Position numbers and translations under genes: made by a program | Notes under the pieces: generated by a model | Told to the model about the DNA's origin: nothing | What the model saw: only the letters and a program-made list of their open reading frames with translations | Database searches by the model: none | Virus record (IMG/VR): IMGVR_UViG_2895442618_000001 | Coordinates: 1 to 64,000 of that record | Length of the DNA: 64,000 nucleotides | Strand: one strand, 5' to 3' | Source of the DNA: a virus | Taxonomy: Duplodnaviria; Caudoviricetes | In this document: positions 17,496 to 26,800 of the stretch, one piece after another | Numbering within the stretch: position 1 is the first letter of the stretch | How the letters are laid out: every line of letters starts with the position of its first letter

Positions 17496-17650
17496 TCGCC
17501 CTCCTCGTCGCCGGCGCCCCGGTAGACGCCGTCCTCATCCGCCGGCCCGTACAAAGCCTGTAGGACCTGCTCTTCGTCGTCTTCGGTGGCGCCCCAGTGG
17601 TGGAGGTCCACGCCGTCCTCGGTGAACTCGGCTTCGGTCTTCGCCTTCAC
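17492..17650 (-). CDS. small acidic protein coupled to the endolysin
   Basis: MKAKTEAEFTEDGVDLHHWGATEDDEEQVLQALYGPADEDGVYRG; GGAGG RBS. Confidence 0.65.
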   Translation of the reverse strand: MKAKTEAEFTEDGVDLHHWGATEDDEEQVLQALYGPADEDGVYRGAGDEEGE

Positions 17651-17967
17651 CGCGCCTCCTGCTTGTGTTCGCGGCGCTTTCGGCGCCAGGTCCGGATGAT
17701 GATGGCCAGCCGCCATCCGAGCACGATGGGCACGCCGGCGAACGCGAGGGACCGCAGGGCGCGGATCACGTCGGAGTCGGGCACCCACACCCGCAGCGCC
17801 CACAGGCACAACACGGCGGCGAGCACCCCCTGGAACGCCATCACATGCCGACCGGCCGGGGTTTCCCACCAGCGGGCCAGCATCGCCTGAGCCACCACAC
17901 ACGCCACCGCGATCAGCGCAGTCACGATCAGGAAGACGCTGCCGACCAGGTACAGCTCGTCATGCAC
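17647..17967 (-). CDS. lysis-cassette membrane protein
   Basis: Three TMs and a basic C-terminus. Confidence 0.7.
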   Translation of the reverse strand: MHDELYLVGSVFLIVTALIAVACVVAQAMLARWWETPAGRHVMAFQGVLAAVLCLWALRVWVPDSDVIRALRSLAFAGVPIVLGWRLAIIIRTWRRKRREHKQEAR

Positions 17968-18157
17968 GAGAGCCACCCCCGAACGCCTCGTCGAGGAGCT
18001 GGCCGAAACCGTTCGCCTCCCGCAACTCGCGCAGCCTGCGCGCGATCGACCTGGTGCGTACGGCCCGCTCCCGCGCCTGGCTGAGCTCCTGCTGAGCCCG
18101 GAGCTTCGACTCCGCAGCCTCACGCTCGGCGCGTCTGATCTCTTCCTCTGGCGTCAT
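17960..18157 (-). CDS. small coiled-coil protein of the lysis cassette
   Basis: Coupled ORF; LREANGFGQLL. Confidence 0.7.
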   Translation of the reverse strand: MTPEEEIRRAEREAAESKLRAQQELSQARERAVRTRSIARRLRELREANGFGQLLDEAFGGGSRA

Positions 18158-18444
18158 GAGTGAGCCTCGCTCTGGCGCTTCCTGATCTCCTCCAGCAGCG
18201 CCATCGCTGTCTGGCTACTTTCGGCCGCGGCCTGCAACGCCGCCCTCGTCTCCTCGGCATGCGCCTTCCGCGTCAGGTCGTGGGCGGCTCTCTCCGTCTC
18301 GTAGAGCTTTCGCCACTGCTCCAATTCGCGGACCAGCCGATCCCCCGAAGGTTTGGGGACCACCCAGCCCTTGAGGAAGAGGAACAGCGTGATCCCGGCG
18401 AGCCCGGCGTTGAGGATGAGGCCGATGACGTTCGGGTCCTGCAC
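18154..18444 (-). CDS. membrane-anchored coiled-coil protein of the lysis cassette
   Basis: N-terminal TM followed by a coiled coil. Confidence 0.7.
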   Translation of the reverse strand: MQDPNVIGLILNAGLAGITLFLFLKGWVVPKPSGDRLVRELEQWRKLYETERAAHDLTRKAHAEETRAALQAAAESSQTAMALLEEIRKRQSEAHS

Positions 18445-18557
18445 GCATGTACCTCAGTTCCTTGATCAGTGGGTATCGAGGGGTGGCCGCCCGCGTTCCC
18501 TCTACCGACGCGTCCAGCGCACCCTCAAGGCCGGGGTCGATACGCGGGCGGCCACGT

Positions 18558-18956
18558 TCAGAACTCGATGAAGCCGGCGCCGCCCAGGCTGTCGAGTAGT
18601 TGGAGAAACGACTGGTAGATCGAGCTCGTGGACGCGACGTGCGCCTGAGCCCACGTCTGGTTGTACGACGACGGCGCGTCGGACAGGTCCACGTCGGGGG
18701 TGACCACGCTGGAGCCGACGCCCGGCATGCGTTTGACCTCGCCGTCGGATGTGGCGACGTAGAAGTCGCCGGACGCGCATCCGATCTGGACGTGGCCTGA
18801 CGGGACGGTGGGGACGCTCATGTCGGCCAGCAGCCATCCCTGCGACGCTTTGGTGACGCCGGGGCGTTGCCGTAGCTGGGCTTCGAGGTGGTCGACGCGG
18901 GCCGCGAGTTGCCGGATCTGCTCGAACAGGTCGTCGGGGAAACGGTCGGCCATCAC
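18558..18956 (-). CDS. tail-tip region protein
   Basis: Position after the tail protein; N-terminal coiled coil. Confidence 0.65.
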   Translation of the reverse strand: MMADRFPDDLFEQIRQLAARVDHLEAQLRQRPGVTKASQGWLLADMSVPTVPSGHVQIGCASGDFYVATSDGEVKRMPGVGSSVVTPDVDLSDAPSSYNQTWAQAHVASTSSIYQSFLQLLDSLGGAGFIEF

Positions 18957-20785
18957 GCATCGCCTCCCGTAAGGCTAGGGCCGCCGACGTCCAGCCCTTC
19001 GAGGATGAGTTTCGCTTCTTCTTTGCCCTCGTCGCGGCCTACGGGGGTGATCTGCAGGCCGATGATGCGGCGGGTCCGCCAATGCGGGCGGTGCCATTCG
19101 TTGTCCAAGTAGATGCGGCACCAGTCGCCCAGCTTGTTCGGGTGGAGCGACGGGTTGGCGCCGAGCACCACCGTGTACTGTTCCACCCGCAAAGCCCCGG
19201 GGGCGACGCTCGCCCAATAGGCGGCGTAGTCCTCCAGGGTCTCCTGGTCCACAACGTCGCTGTAGGACAGGGTGCGGTCGATGCGGGGCCAGCCCGCCAT
19301 CAGATGGTCGGCCGCCTCGTAGACGGCTGACATGAGCGGCTCGGCTGTGACGGACGCGTCAGCGTCGGCGGCCGGGGTGCCGCCGCGGGCCCGCCACCGG
19401 GTCGCGCCGCGCAGCGCGTCGATCTCGTCCTGCCATTCGATGACGTCGCCGCCGTTGAACCCGTCCGCGAAGACGTGCTCCACCGTGTCGCTGGCGAGCG
19501 TCGGATACCCCCAGCGGATTTGGCGGACGATCGTCCCTTCGGCGATGCCGACGTCGATGGTGTACTCGAACCCGTTGTTCACCTCGGACAGCTCTTTGAT
19601 GCGCTGCCCGTAGGTGCCGCCGTCGTCGCCGTACTGCCGATCCCGCAGCACTCCCGACATGCCGGCGGCGACCGACAGGCCGATGTTGGAGAACGGCTGG
19701 CCTTGCAGGTTGGACAGCAGGCCGCGCAGGATGTCGATCTGGTCGACCTGCTCGAAGAACAGTTCCTGCTGCATTTCGACGGCGGACAGCCAGCCGTCAA
19801 GAGTGGTGCCCTGCAATTGGATGGAGGGCGTGTCTCGGCCGGACCGGGACGGTGTGGCTCGGGTGATCCAATACTCGCCCCAGATGTCGCCTCCGCGCAG
19901 CACGTCCACGACGATCACGCCGGGGCCTGCGGACAGGACTGTGGAGTCGCGCGGGATGACCTCCGCCACCAGGTCGGCGGTGCGCCGGTTGGGGATCGGG
20001 ATCGTCGCCGAGAACGTGCCGGGTGCGCTGATCCGCTTGTCGAACGTGACGTTCTCCAAGTCGAGGAACCCGAGGAACTGGCCATCTCGCAGGCGCCGGG
20101 CCCGGTAGGAGTACAGGGCGGTGCCGCGGGCCGGCGTGTACGGCGGATAGTCCGGGATCTCTGGCTCTTGCGTGACCGCCGACGCGATCGAGATGGACAC
20201 GCCGATGTCGCTGCGCGTGTCGGCCGGGGAGACGCTGAACGACTGGACACCGGAAGCGGCCGACGAGTTGATGACTTTGCTGGCGGCGGCGGACGAGATC
20301 AGCCCGACCGCGTCCGCGGCGGTGCCGCGCAGCACATACCCGGACGGCGCCGACCAGCCCAGGTGCTCGTCGTCCACCGCGGCGACCCGGATCTCCAGGT
20401 GCGGCGCGCCGGCCGGTGTCACGTTCGGGGTGGGTGCCGACTGGGACGACCCGCCGGACGAGATGACGATGTTGGGTGCGGTGCTCTGGTCGGCGTCCTG
20501 GACGGCGATGATGTGGACGGTGCCGTCGGCGTTGCTGGCCTGCCCGAACGTGTAGCTGTCCGGTTCGCCGATCCCGGCGATCCGGCGGGAGACGCGGACG
20601 AAGAACCCGTTCCCGCTGCCGGTCGCCTGGGAGGTCCAGCCTTGCTGCTGTGTGCCGCCGAGCCCGACCGTGTTGGTGTGGATCGCCCACAGGTGGTCTC
20701 CCGCGGCCACGCCTGGCGGCTTCAGGACGAAGATTTCGCCGCTGGAGTCGCCTGCTGCGCTGGAGGAGCGGACAGTGATGGTCAA
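18953..20785 (-). CDS. minor tail protein (Tal-like) with N-terminal accessory beta domain
   Basis: C-terminal 400 aa typical of actinophage tail proteins (F.KRISAPGTFSATIP, GWPRID); N-terminal domain shared with other ORFs. Confidence 0.8.
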   Translation of the reverse strand: MTITVRSSSAAGDSSGEIFVLKPPGVAAGDHLWAIHTNTVGLGGTQQQGWTSQATGSGNGFFVRVSRRIAGIGEPDSYTFGQASNADGTVHIIAVQDADQSTAPNIVISSGGSSQSAPTPNVTPAGAPHLEIRVAAVDDEHLGWSAPSGYVLRGTAADAVGLISSAAASKVINSSAASGVQSFSVSPADTRSDIGVSISIASAVTQEPEIPDYPPYTPARGTALYSYRARRLRDGQFLGFLDLENVTFDKRISAPGTFSATIPIPNRRTADLVAEVIPRDSTVLSAGPGVIVVDVLRGGDIWGEYWITRATPSRSGRDTPSIQLQGTTLDGWLSAVEMQQELFFEQVDQIDILRGLLSNLQGQPFSNIGLSVAAGMSGVLRDRQYGDDGGTYGQRIKELSEVNNGFEYTIDVGIAEGTIVRQIRWGYPTLASDTVEHVFADGFNGGDVIEWQDEIDALRGATRWRARGGTPAADADASVTAEPLMSAVYEAADHLMAGWPRIDRTLSYSDVVDQETLEDYAAYWASVAPGALRVEQYTVVLGANPSLHPNKLGDWCRIYLDNEWHRPHWRTRRIIGLQITPVGRDEGKEEAKLILEGLDVGGPSLTGGDA

Positions 20786-20815
20786 GAGCCGCCCCCCTGT
20801 CCAGGTTTGCGCAGG

Positions 20816-21880
20816 TCAGAGCCAGGAGTCGCGGTATAGGCAGACGGCTGGGCTGTCTCCGCCGGAGTTGGCGCTGTACTTCAACGTGTTGGTGCCGCGG
20901 GCCAGCACCCACTCCGTCACGGGGACGGACACGCCGGTGAGTGTCCGCATCTGGGAGTCGGATCCGACGGTGACGGTGCCGACGTCGGTGTCGATCACCA
21001 TCTGTTCGCTGTCATCGAGGGTGATCGAGAACTGCAGCACCCTGTCCAGCGTGAGGTTGGTGAGGGTGGGGTCCACGACGGGGCCCGGGATGCGCACGAT
21101 CGGGTGGGTGGCGACGTTGCCCGCGTTCGACACGACGATCTCTTCGTCGAGTAGCAGGTCAACGCCGGACCGGGAGAGGCTGTACCGTCGCGGATCCGCG
21201 CACACGATCATCACCGAGACGGTGGGGGCGCCCACGCTGTACAGGTCGTCCATGGCGACGTCGCGGTCCACGATCGCGCCGAACGCCAGCTGCGCGTCGC
21301 CGAAGCCTTTGATGACGAGCGGCCATTCCGTCTCGTCTTCCAGGACGCCCGTCACCTGGTCCAACTGGCTGAGAAGGTCGTCGATCTCGGTTTCGTTGCC
21401 GATGCTGTTCGGCTGCAGCCGGATCGTGACGACGCGCTGCTGCGCCAGCCTGCGGGCGGGCCATGCGCCGTGCCGGGACGGGCGTTGCACGTTCAAGTTG
21501 TCGAGTTGGGGAAGCGACCGCCAGCCGGTGATCTCCTGCACCGTGAACGGCGTGCCCGGCCCCCACACGGTGCCGTTCCACTCGATCTGCCCGTCCGCGC
21601 CGGTCAGATTGTCGCCCGGGTTGGTGGGGACGACCGCGACGATCGCCGGGAACTCCCACTCCAGGCTGAACGCCGGAAGTCCGACCGGGAGCGAAACCCT
21701 CGGGAACTCCCACCCGAGCGCAAACGAGCCGAGCGGGATGGTGACAGACGGGGACACCACCTGCAGGGACGGGAACTCCCACCCGAGCGAGAACGACGGC
21801 AGATCAGTGGCCGCCTGCCAGTAGGTGAGCCGCCCGACGTTGGTTACCGGGATCGGCTGGGAACGGCCGAGACGAGCCAC
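20816..21880 (-). CDS. distal tail (Dit-like) protein with N-terminal repeats
   Basis: GADGQIEWNG...ITGWRSLP...ADPRRYS...GTNTLKY. Confidence 0.8.
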   Translation of the reverse strand: MARLGRSQPIPVTNVGRLTYWQAATDLPSFSLGWEFPSLQVVSPSVTIPLGSFALGWEFPRVSLPVGLPAFSLEWEFPAIVAVVPTNPGDNLTGADGQIEWNGTVWGPGTPFTVQEITGWRSLPQLDNLNVQRPSRHGAWPARRLAQQRVVTIRLQPNSIGNETEIDDLLSQLDQVTGVLEDETEWPLVIKGFGDAQLAFGAIVDRDVAMDDLYSVGAPTVSVMIVCADPRRYSLSRSGVDLLLDEEIVVSNAGNVATHPIVRIPGPVVDPTLTNLTLDRVLQFSITLDDSEQMVIDTDVGTVTVGSDSQMRTLTGVSVPVTEWVLARGTNTLKYSANSGGDSPAVCLYRDSWL

Positions 21881-21895
21881 ACGCCCCCCTCAAGA

Positions 21896-22591
21896 TCAGT
21901 AGAAGGCGGCGCGCTGAATCGCCTGACCGAACACCAGCGGCTTCGAGGTGTGGAACGGCATCGTCGCGACCGCGACCGTGAGCCCCATGTGGGCGCCCGT
22001 CGCCGACGAGATCGTGAAGTTCTGGATGCCCGACGCCGCCCCGGACGACAACTGCTTGGTCGCCAACGTCGCCGACGTGAACGTGTTGGACTGGCGATCG
22101 ACCCGCTCCGTGTAGGTGGCAGGCGGCGTCCACGTCAACGCCCCGCCGATCACGGCCTTGCTCGCCGCCCACCGCAATTCCAGGTCGTCCGCGCCGGTCG
22201 GCGTGATCGACGGAGACGGGATCGACGTGCTGGATGTGCTGGACGCGCTGGACGCGCTCACCGGCGTCGTCGTCGCAGCCGACATGACGGCCGCGATACC
22301 GACCACACCGTCAGCGTTGGAGCTCTGAACGAAACCGTACGAGGCCGGCTCGGAAGCGCCTGCGATCTTCCACCAGACTTTCGTCCCGGGATCGCCGCCG
22401 ACCCACTGCTGCTGCCGCAGCAGAGTCCACGTCGTACCCCCTGTCGGGGTCGTCATGGCGGCGAGCGTGCCGACGTCGGCCGTGTGGAACGCCAGCAGCA
22501 GATCGCCCGCTTCGGTCCCGGTCGGCTTATTGCAGGAGATCGACGCGCCCGAGTTCGCCGCTGAGGCGACCGCCCGTAGCGAGGCGGACAC
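21896..22591 (-). CDS. virion accessory beta-domain protein
   Basis: KPTGTEAGDLLLA...WWKIAGASEPASY...PSITP domain. Confidence 0.7.
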   Translation of the reverse strand: MSASLRAVASAANSGASISCNKPTGTEAGDLLLAFHTADVGTLAAMTTPTGGTTWTLLRQQQWVGGDPGTKVWWKIAGASEPASYGFVQSSNADGVVGIAAVMSAATTTPVSASSASSTSSTSIPSPSITPTGADDLELRWAASKAVIGGALTWTPPATYTERVDRQSNTFTSATLATKQLSSGAASGIQNFTISSATGAHMGLTVAVATMPFHTSKPLVFGQAIQRAAFY

Positions 22592-23086
22592 CTACTCCTC
22601 CCACACCACATAGGTGTAGGCGTTCACTGCGGCGGCGGCGGTCACCCGAACCCGCAGGAACTTCGACACCGGAACCCGGAACTCGCGCCCCAACGGCCAC
22701 TGCTTCACATACAAGGTCGTTGGGCTGATCAGCTGAAGGTCGCCGGTACGGGTCGCCGTGATCGTCCCCTCAGAGCTGGACGTGTAGCCCGTGGCACTCG
22801 TCCCGAGCGTCATCAGCGACGCAGGAGCGCCCGGGTCGTCATACGGCTGCACACCGGCGGCGACGTGCGCCGTCACCGTGGCTGCGACATCCGTTTGGAT
22901 CAGCTCGCACCGGATCGGCTCCGCCGCGGTGCTGCCGTCGAAGCTGATCCCCCACTCCACGACCTTGATCGACCGGGTGGACGGGGTGGCGATCTGCAGC
23001 AGCGTCTTCGCCGCCGTACCCGTAGTGACAGGCGAGGGTGCCGCCGTCGTGGCCATCGCCGCGTTCGACGCCCAGTACAAGGCCAT
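22592..23086 (-). CDS. minor tail protein
   Basis: Position in the tail module; Thr/Ala-rich beta protein. Confidence 0.65.
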   Translation of the reverse strand: MALYWASNAAMATTAAPSPVTTGTAAKTLLQIATPSTRSIKVVEWGISFDGSTAAEPIRCELIQTDVAATVTAHVAAGVQPYDDPGAPASLMTLGTSATGYTSSSEGTITATRTGDLQLISPTTLYVKQWPLGREFRVPVSKFLRVRVTAAAAVNAYTYVVWEE

Positions 23087-23151
23087 GACCGGCCCCTTTC
23101 AATGCGAAAGCCCCGCACGCCGGCGGGGCTGAAGATCGGATATGAGGCGGG

Positions 23152-23628
23152 TCAGAGGAGCGGGCCGACCACGTTGAGCTTGATCACACCGTCGGTGTGG
23201 ATGTTGACGCTGAACGTGCCGTCCTGGGAGCTGTACTCCTGGATGAACGACCGGAAGACGATCGCCCGGTTGGACAGGCCCGTCGCATAGAACAGGCCAC
23301 CCTTCGCATCCGTGATGGTGCTGCTCGGCCAGGAGATGTTGTCGAAGTCCCAGCGCACATATCCCGGGCTACTGGACAGCTCCTCGAACACGACGCTCGT
23401 CAACGCCAGCCCGCCCGCGCTGTACCCGGCGCCGGACACTTCACCGCTGGAAAACGGCGACGACCCGTACGCCGGGTTCGCCTGGGAGGCGTCCGGCGTC
23501 ACACTGTCCTGAAACAGCGCAATCTTGAAAGCGCCCGCCGTCGTGTCCCCCAAATTCAGCGCGATCGCATTCGTCAGCGCCTTGACCTGGGTGTCCACGA
23601 ACAGCAGATCGCGAGTGATGGCCACCAC
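23152..23628 (-). CDS. minor virion protein (paralog of 47669-48130)
   Basis: FKIALF...EVSGAGYSAGG...W.SSTIT.AKG. Confidence 0.7.
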   Translation of the reverse strand: MVAITRDLLFVDTQVKALTNAIALNLGDTTAGAFKIALFQDSVTPDASQANPAYGSSPFSSGEVSGAGYSAGGLALTSVVFEELSSSPGYVRWDFDNISWPSSTITDAKGGLFYATGLSNRAIVFRSFIQEYSSQDGTFSVNIHTDGVIKLNVVGPLL

Positions 23629-23849
23629 TAGCTCCTAAGGTTGATCGAAACGTCGCGGTGGTAGCCGCCGTGCTCGTCGGTACGTTCGGTCACGTCGTTG
23701 CCCGCCTGATCACGCACCGTCTTGCGGGTCGGCGAGTCCTCCAGCACCTGGTCGCGGGTCTGCCACGACCAGCCGGCGGGCCGGACCTGGACCCCTTTGG
23801 CCCGCATGTACTGGCCGAACGTGATCCCGGACGCGGGGTCCCAAGACAT
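23628..23849 (-). CDS. small protein (paralog of 48136-48423)
   Basis: FGQYMRAKGVQ...DQAGNDV. Confidence 0.7.
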   Translation of the reverse strand: MSWDPASGITFGQYMRAKGVQVRPAGWSWQTRDQVLEDSPTRKTVRDQAGNDVTERTDEHGGYHRDVSINLRS

Positions 23850-23895
23850 GACGAAACCGCCCTCCTACCTGGTAAAAGAAGCGATGGGAGGGCGG

Positions 23896-26800
23896 TTACC
23901 GCCCGCGCGCCCGGACCTTCATCGCCACGGATTCGGCGAACATGTTGGCGTCCACGTCGTTGTTCACAGTCTGGTTTTGGATCACCACGGCCGGGCCGGC
24001 CGCCATGCCGTCGCGGCCCCACGTCCCCGAAGAGCCGTGCACCCGCTCAGCGGGTGTGGACGAACTCGGAGCGGGCGCCGACTGCTGAGGCGCGGACACC
24101 TGCGAATAGTTGACCGGCCGCGACGTCACGAACGCCGACTCGTGCGTCGACACGTATCCCGGACCGTCCAAGCCGTACGAGCCCGCGACCGAGTACTCCT
24201 CCCGGAACCCGTCAGACGACTTCGGGCCGGACCCGGCGACCATGCCCGGCTTGGTGTCCTTCTTCCCTGACGACGACTTGCTCGACGCGGACGACGCCGC
24301 CTGCTTGGCCGCGCCGACCGCCGCCGCCAGCGCGTCCACCGACGACGTCAACCCGTCCACGCTGGTGGTCACCGACCCGGTCATCACCGTGACCGCGTCC
24401 GACGTGACCGTGCCCAGCCGGGTCATCGTGTCGCCCACGATCGCCGACCCCGCCAACCACGACTGATTCAGCTGGTCAGCAGAAGAGCCGACCTTGGAGA
24501 TGCTGGACGTCAGCGTGCCCGTCTCGCCCATCGTGTTCTGCAGAGACCCCATGACGCCGGTCAGGCCGTCAACGATCCGAAGGCCGGAGTCGTCGATCGT
24601 GACCGACAGATCCGCCATCCCCTGCGCTGCCTGGGCGTTGTTGAGCTGCAGGCCGAAATCGTTCGCGACCTGCGCCAACAGGCCGATCGCGCGATCCCTG
24701 TACCGATCCTCATACGGGATGAACGCCTCTTGATCGGCGCCCTCCCCATACAGGATCGTCGGCCCGGTGGCCATGTTCGGAGGGGTTGACCTGCCGCCGG
24801 CAGCGAACTTCTGCAGCCCACCGCGGGCGTAGGCGAAGATGCCGCCAGCCCGGGCCGGCATGTTCTGCTTGGCCATCAGGCTGACCGCGAGCTGCCGGTC
24901 GCCGACCTTCTTCACGAATCGTTCGAACGACTCCTGGGCCTCTGTCGTGTCGAGGCCGAGTTTGATGTAGATCTGCTTGTTCTTGAAGGCGTTCAGGACG
25001 TCCTGGAAGTCCTTCGCGCTCTTCATGGCTTTCTCGGCGTCCTCGCGGGAAATGCCGTACGCCTCGGCCAGCTTCAGCACCTGCTCGCGGGCCTCGCTGT
25101 TCTTGCCGGCGAGGTCGCCGAGCTTCGGCAACTGCTCCAAGATCTTGAGCGTGGCGTCGCTCGTCTTGCCCGACAGGGTGGCCGCCCCGTCAGCGGCGCC
25201 CTTCACCGCGGTGATGTACTCGGAGAACTTCTGCCGCGCCTGGATGACAGCGTCCCGCTGACGGTCCGTCATAGTCGCGCTGACCTGCAGTTTGCCGTTC
25301 GCCGCGTTGATCGCCTGCTCAGCCGCGTTGTACGCGGTCTTCAGGTTCTGCATCGCAGTCAACGCGTCGGTGCGCGACGAGAAAGCGTCGAGCGAGGAGT
25401 TGAAGCCATCCATCGCCAGCTTGCCCTTGTCCACCCCGGCCGCAGCCTCTGCGGCAGCGTTGCCCGCGACGCGCAGCGACTGGTTGTAGGTGGGGAGCAG
25501 CTGGTTGAGCTTCTCCACCGGGATGCCCTGCGCCTGTGCCTGCTTGGCCAACTCCTGGAAGGCCCGGGCGGCGGTGTCAGCGTTGCCGCTGGTCACCATG
25601 CCGGCCAGGACCTTGTCCATGTCGGAGAACTTCTGCTCAAGGATGTCCACCGACGAGTCGATCCCGGGCAGGATCGCGGTCAGCTCCGACAGCGGGTGCA
25701 GCCAGAACATCTCGCCGAACGAAGGGTCCTGCAGTTCGCGGAGTCCGTCGCCGAACAGTTCGGCGGCCTTGCTGGCGTCGTCGAACGTGCCGCCCCACTG
25801 CTCGCCCAGGTCGCCGGCCCACTTGCCGGTCTGCCCAAGTTCGGTCAGGGCGAGGGTGAGTTCTCCCATCCCTTCGGAGTGGCCGGCCAGGTCGTTCATG
25901 GCCGAGCCGAGAAGCTCGAACCCGATCACCCCGGCGGACACGCCGACGGCGGCCTTACCGAACGCGGCCACCTTGCCCTGGGCCTTACCTGCCGCCGTGC
26001 CGGTCGCCGAGATCCCGCCAGCGAGGCCCTGCCAGGCAGCGGCGGCGTTCATGCCCATGCTGGCCAGCTTGATCGCGCCGATGGCGATGGCGATGGCCTG
26101 GATGCGTTCGGGATCCATCCCGGAGATGATCTTGGCTAGGAGGCTCAGGCCCGAAAACGCGCCGGTACTCAGCGGCGCCACCGCTTCGCCGATGCTGACC
26201 AGCGCCTTCGCCACATCCTTGATCAGCGCCCAGACTTCGGGAGCGGTCTCCTTGACGTCGGCCATGAACTGGTGGAACTGCTGATTGCTTTCGAGACCGG
26301 CTCCCCAGTCCGCGAACGCATCCGACAGGTGCTCGATGTTGCCGAGCAGTTCCATCCCGTACGGGAGGACCGCCTTGATGATCCCCGCGAACCCTGTGAA
26401 GGTGTCGATGCCGATCCGCCCCATGGTGGTGATCGCGCCAGGGATGTTGGTGTTCAGGTCGAAGAGGAACGCCTGCCAGAACTGGCCCCGCAGGGCAGCC
26501 TCGGCATCCTGGCCGAACTGGAGCAGGCCGGCGCTGGCCGACTTGGCGAGCGGGCCCGCCTCCTTCAGCCCGAGCCTCATCAAATCGAGACCCTTGTTGA
26601 TCACCGGGAAGACGTCGGGCTCCAAGGACCGCTGCCAGGCGATGTACTCGTCCTTGAAGCTCTTGATGTTCTTGGCGAGTTCCTTCTCTTCCTTCGACAG
26701 GTCGGCGAAGGCGTCCTTCAGCTTGGCCGCCGCCCCGCCGCCGCCGGCCATGGCGGCCTGCTGCTGCAGGTGCAGCAGTTTGAGCTGCTGCTCCGCCTGG

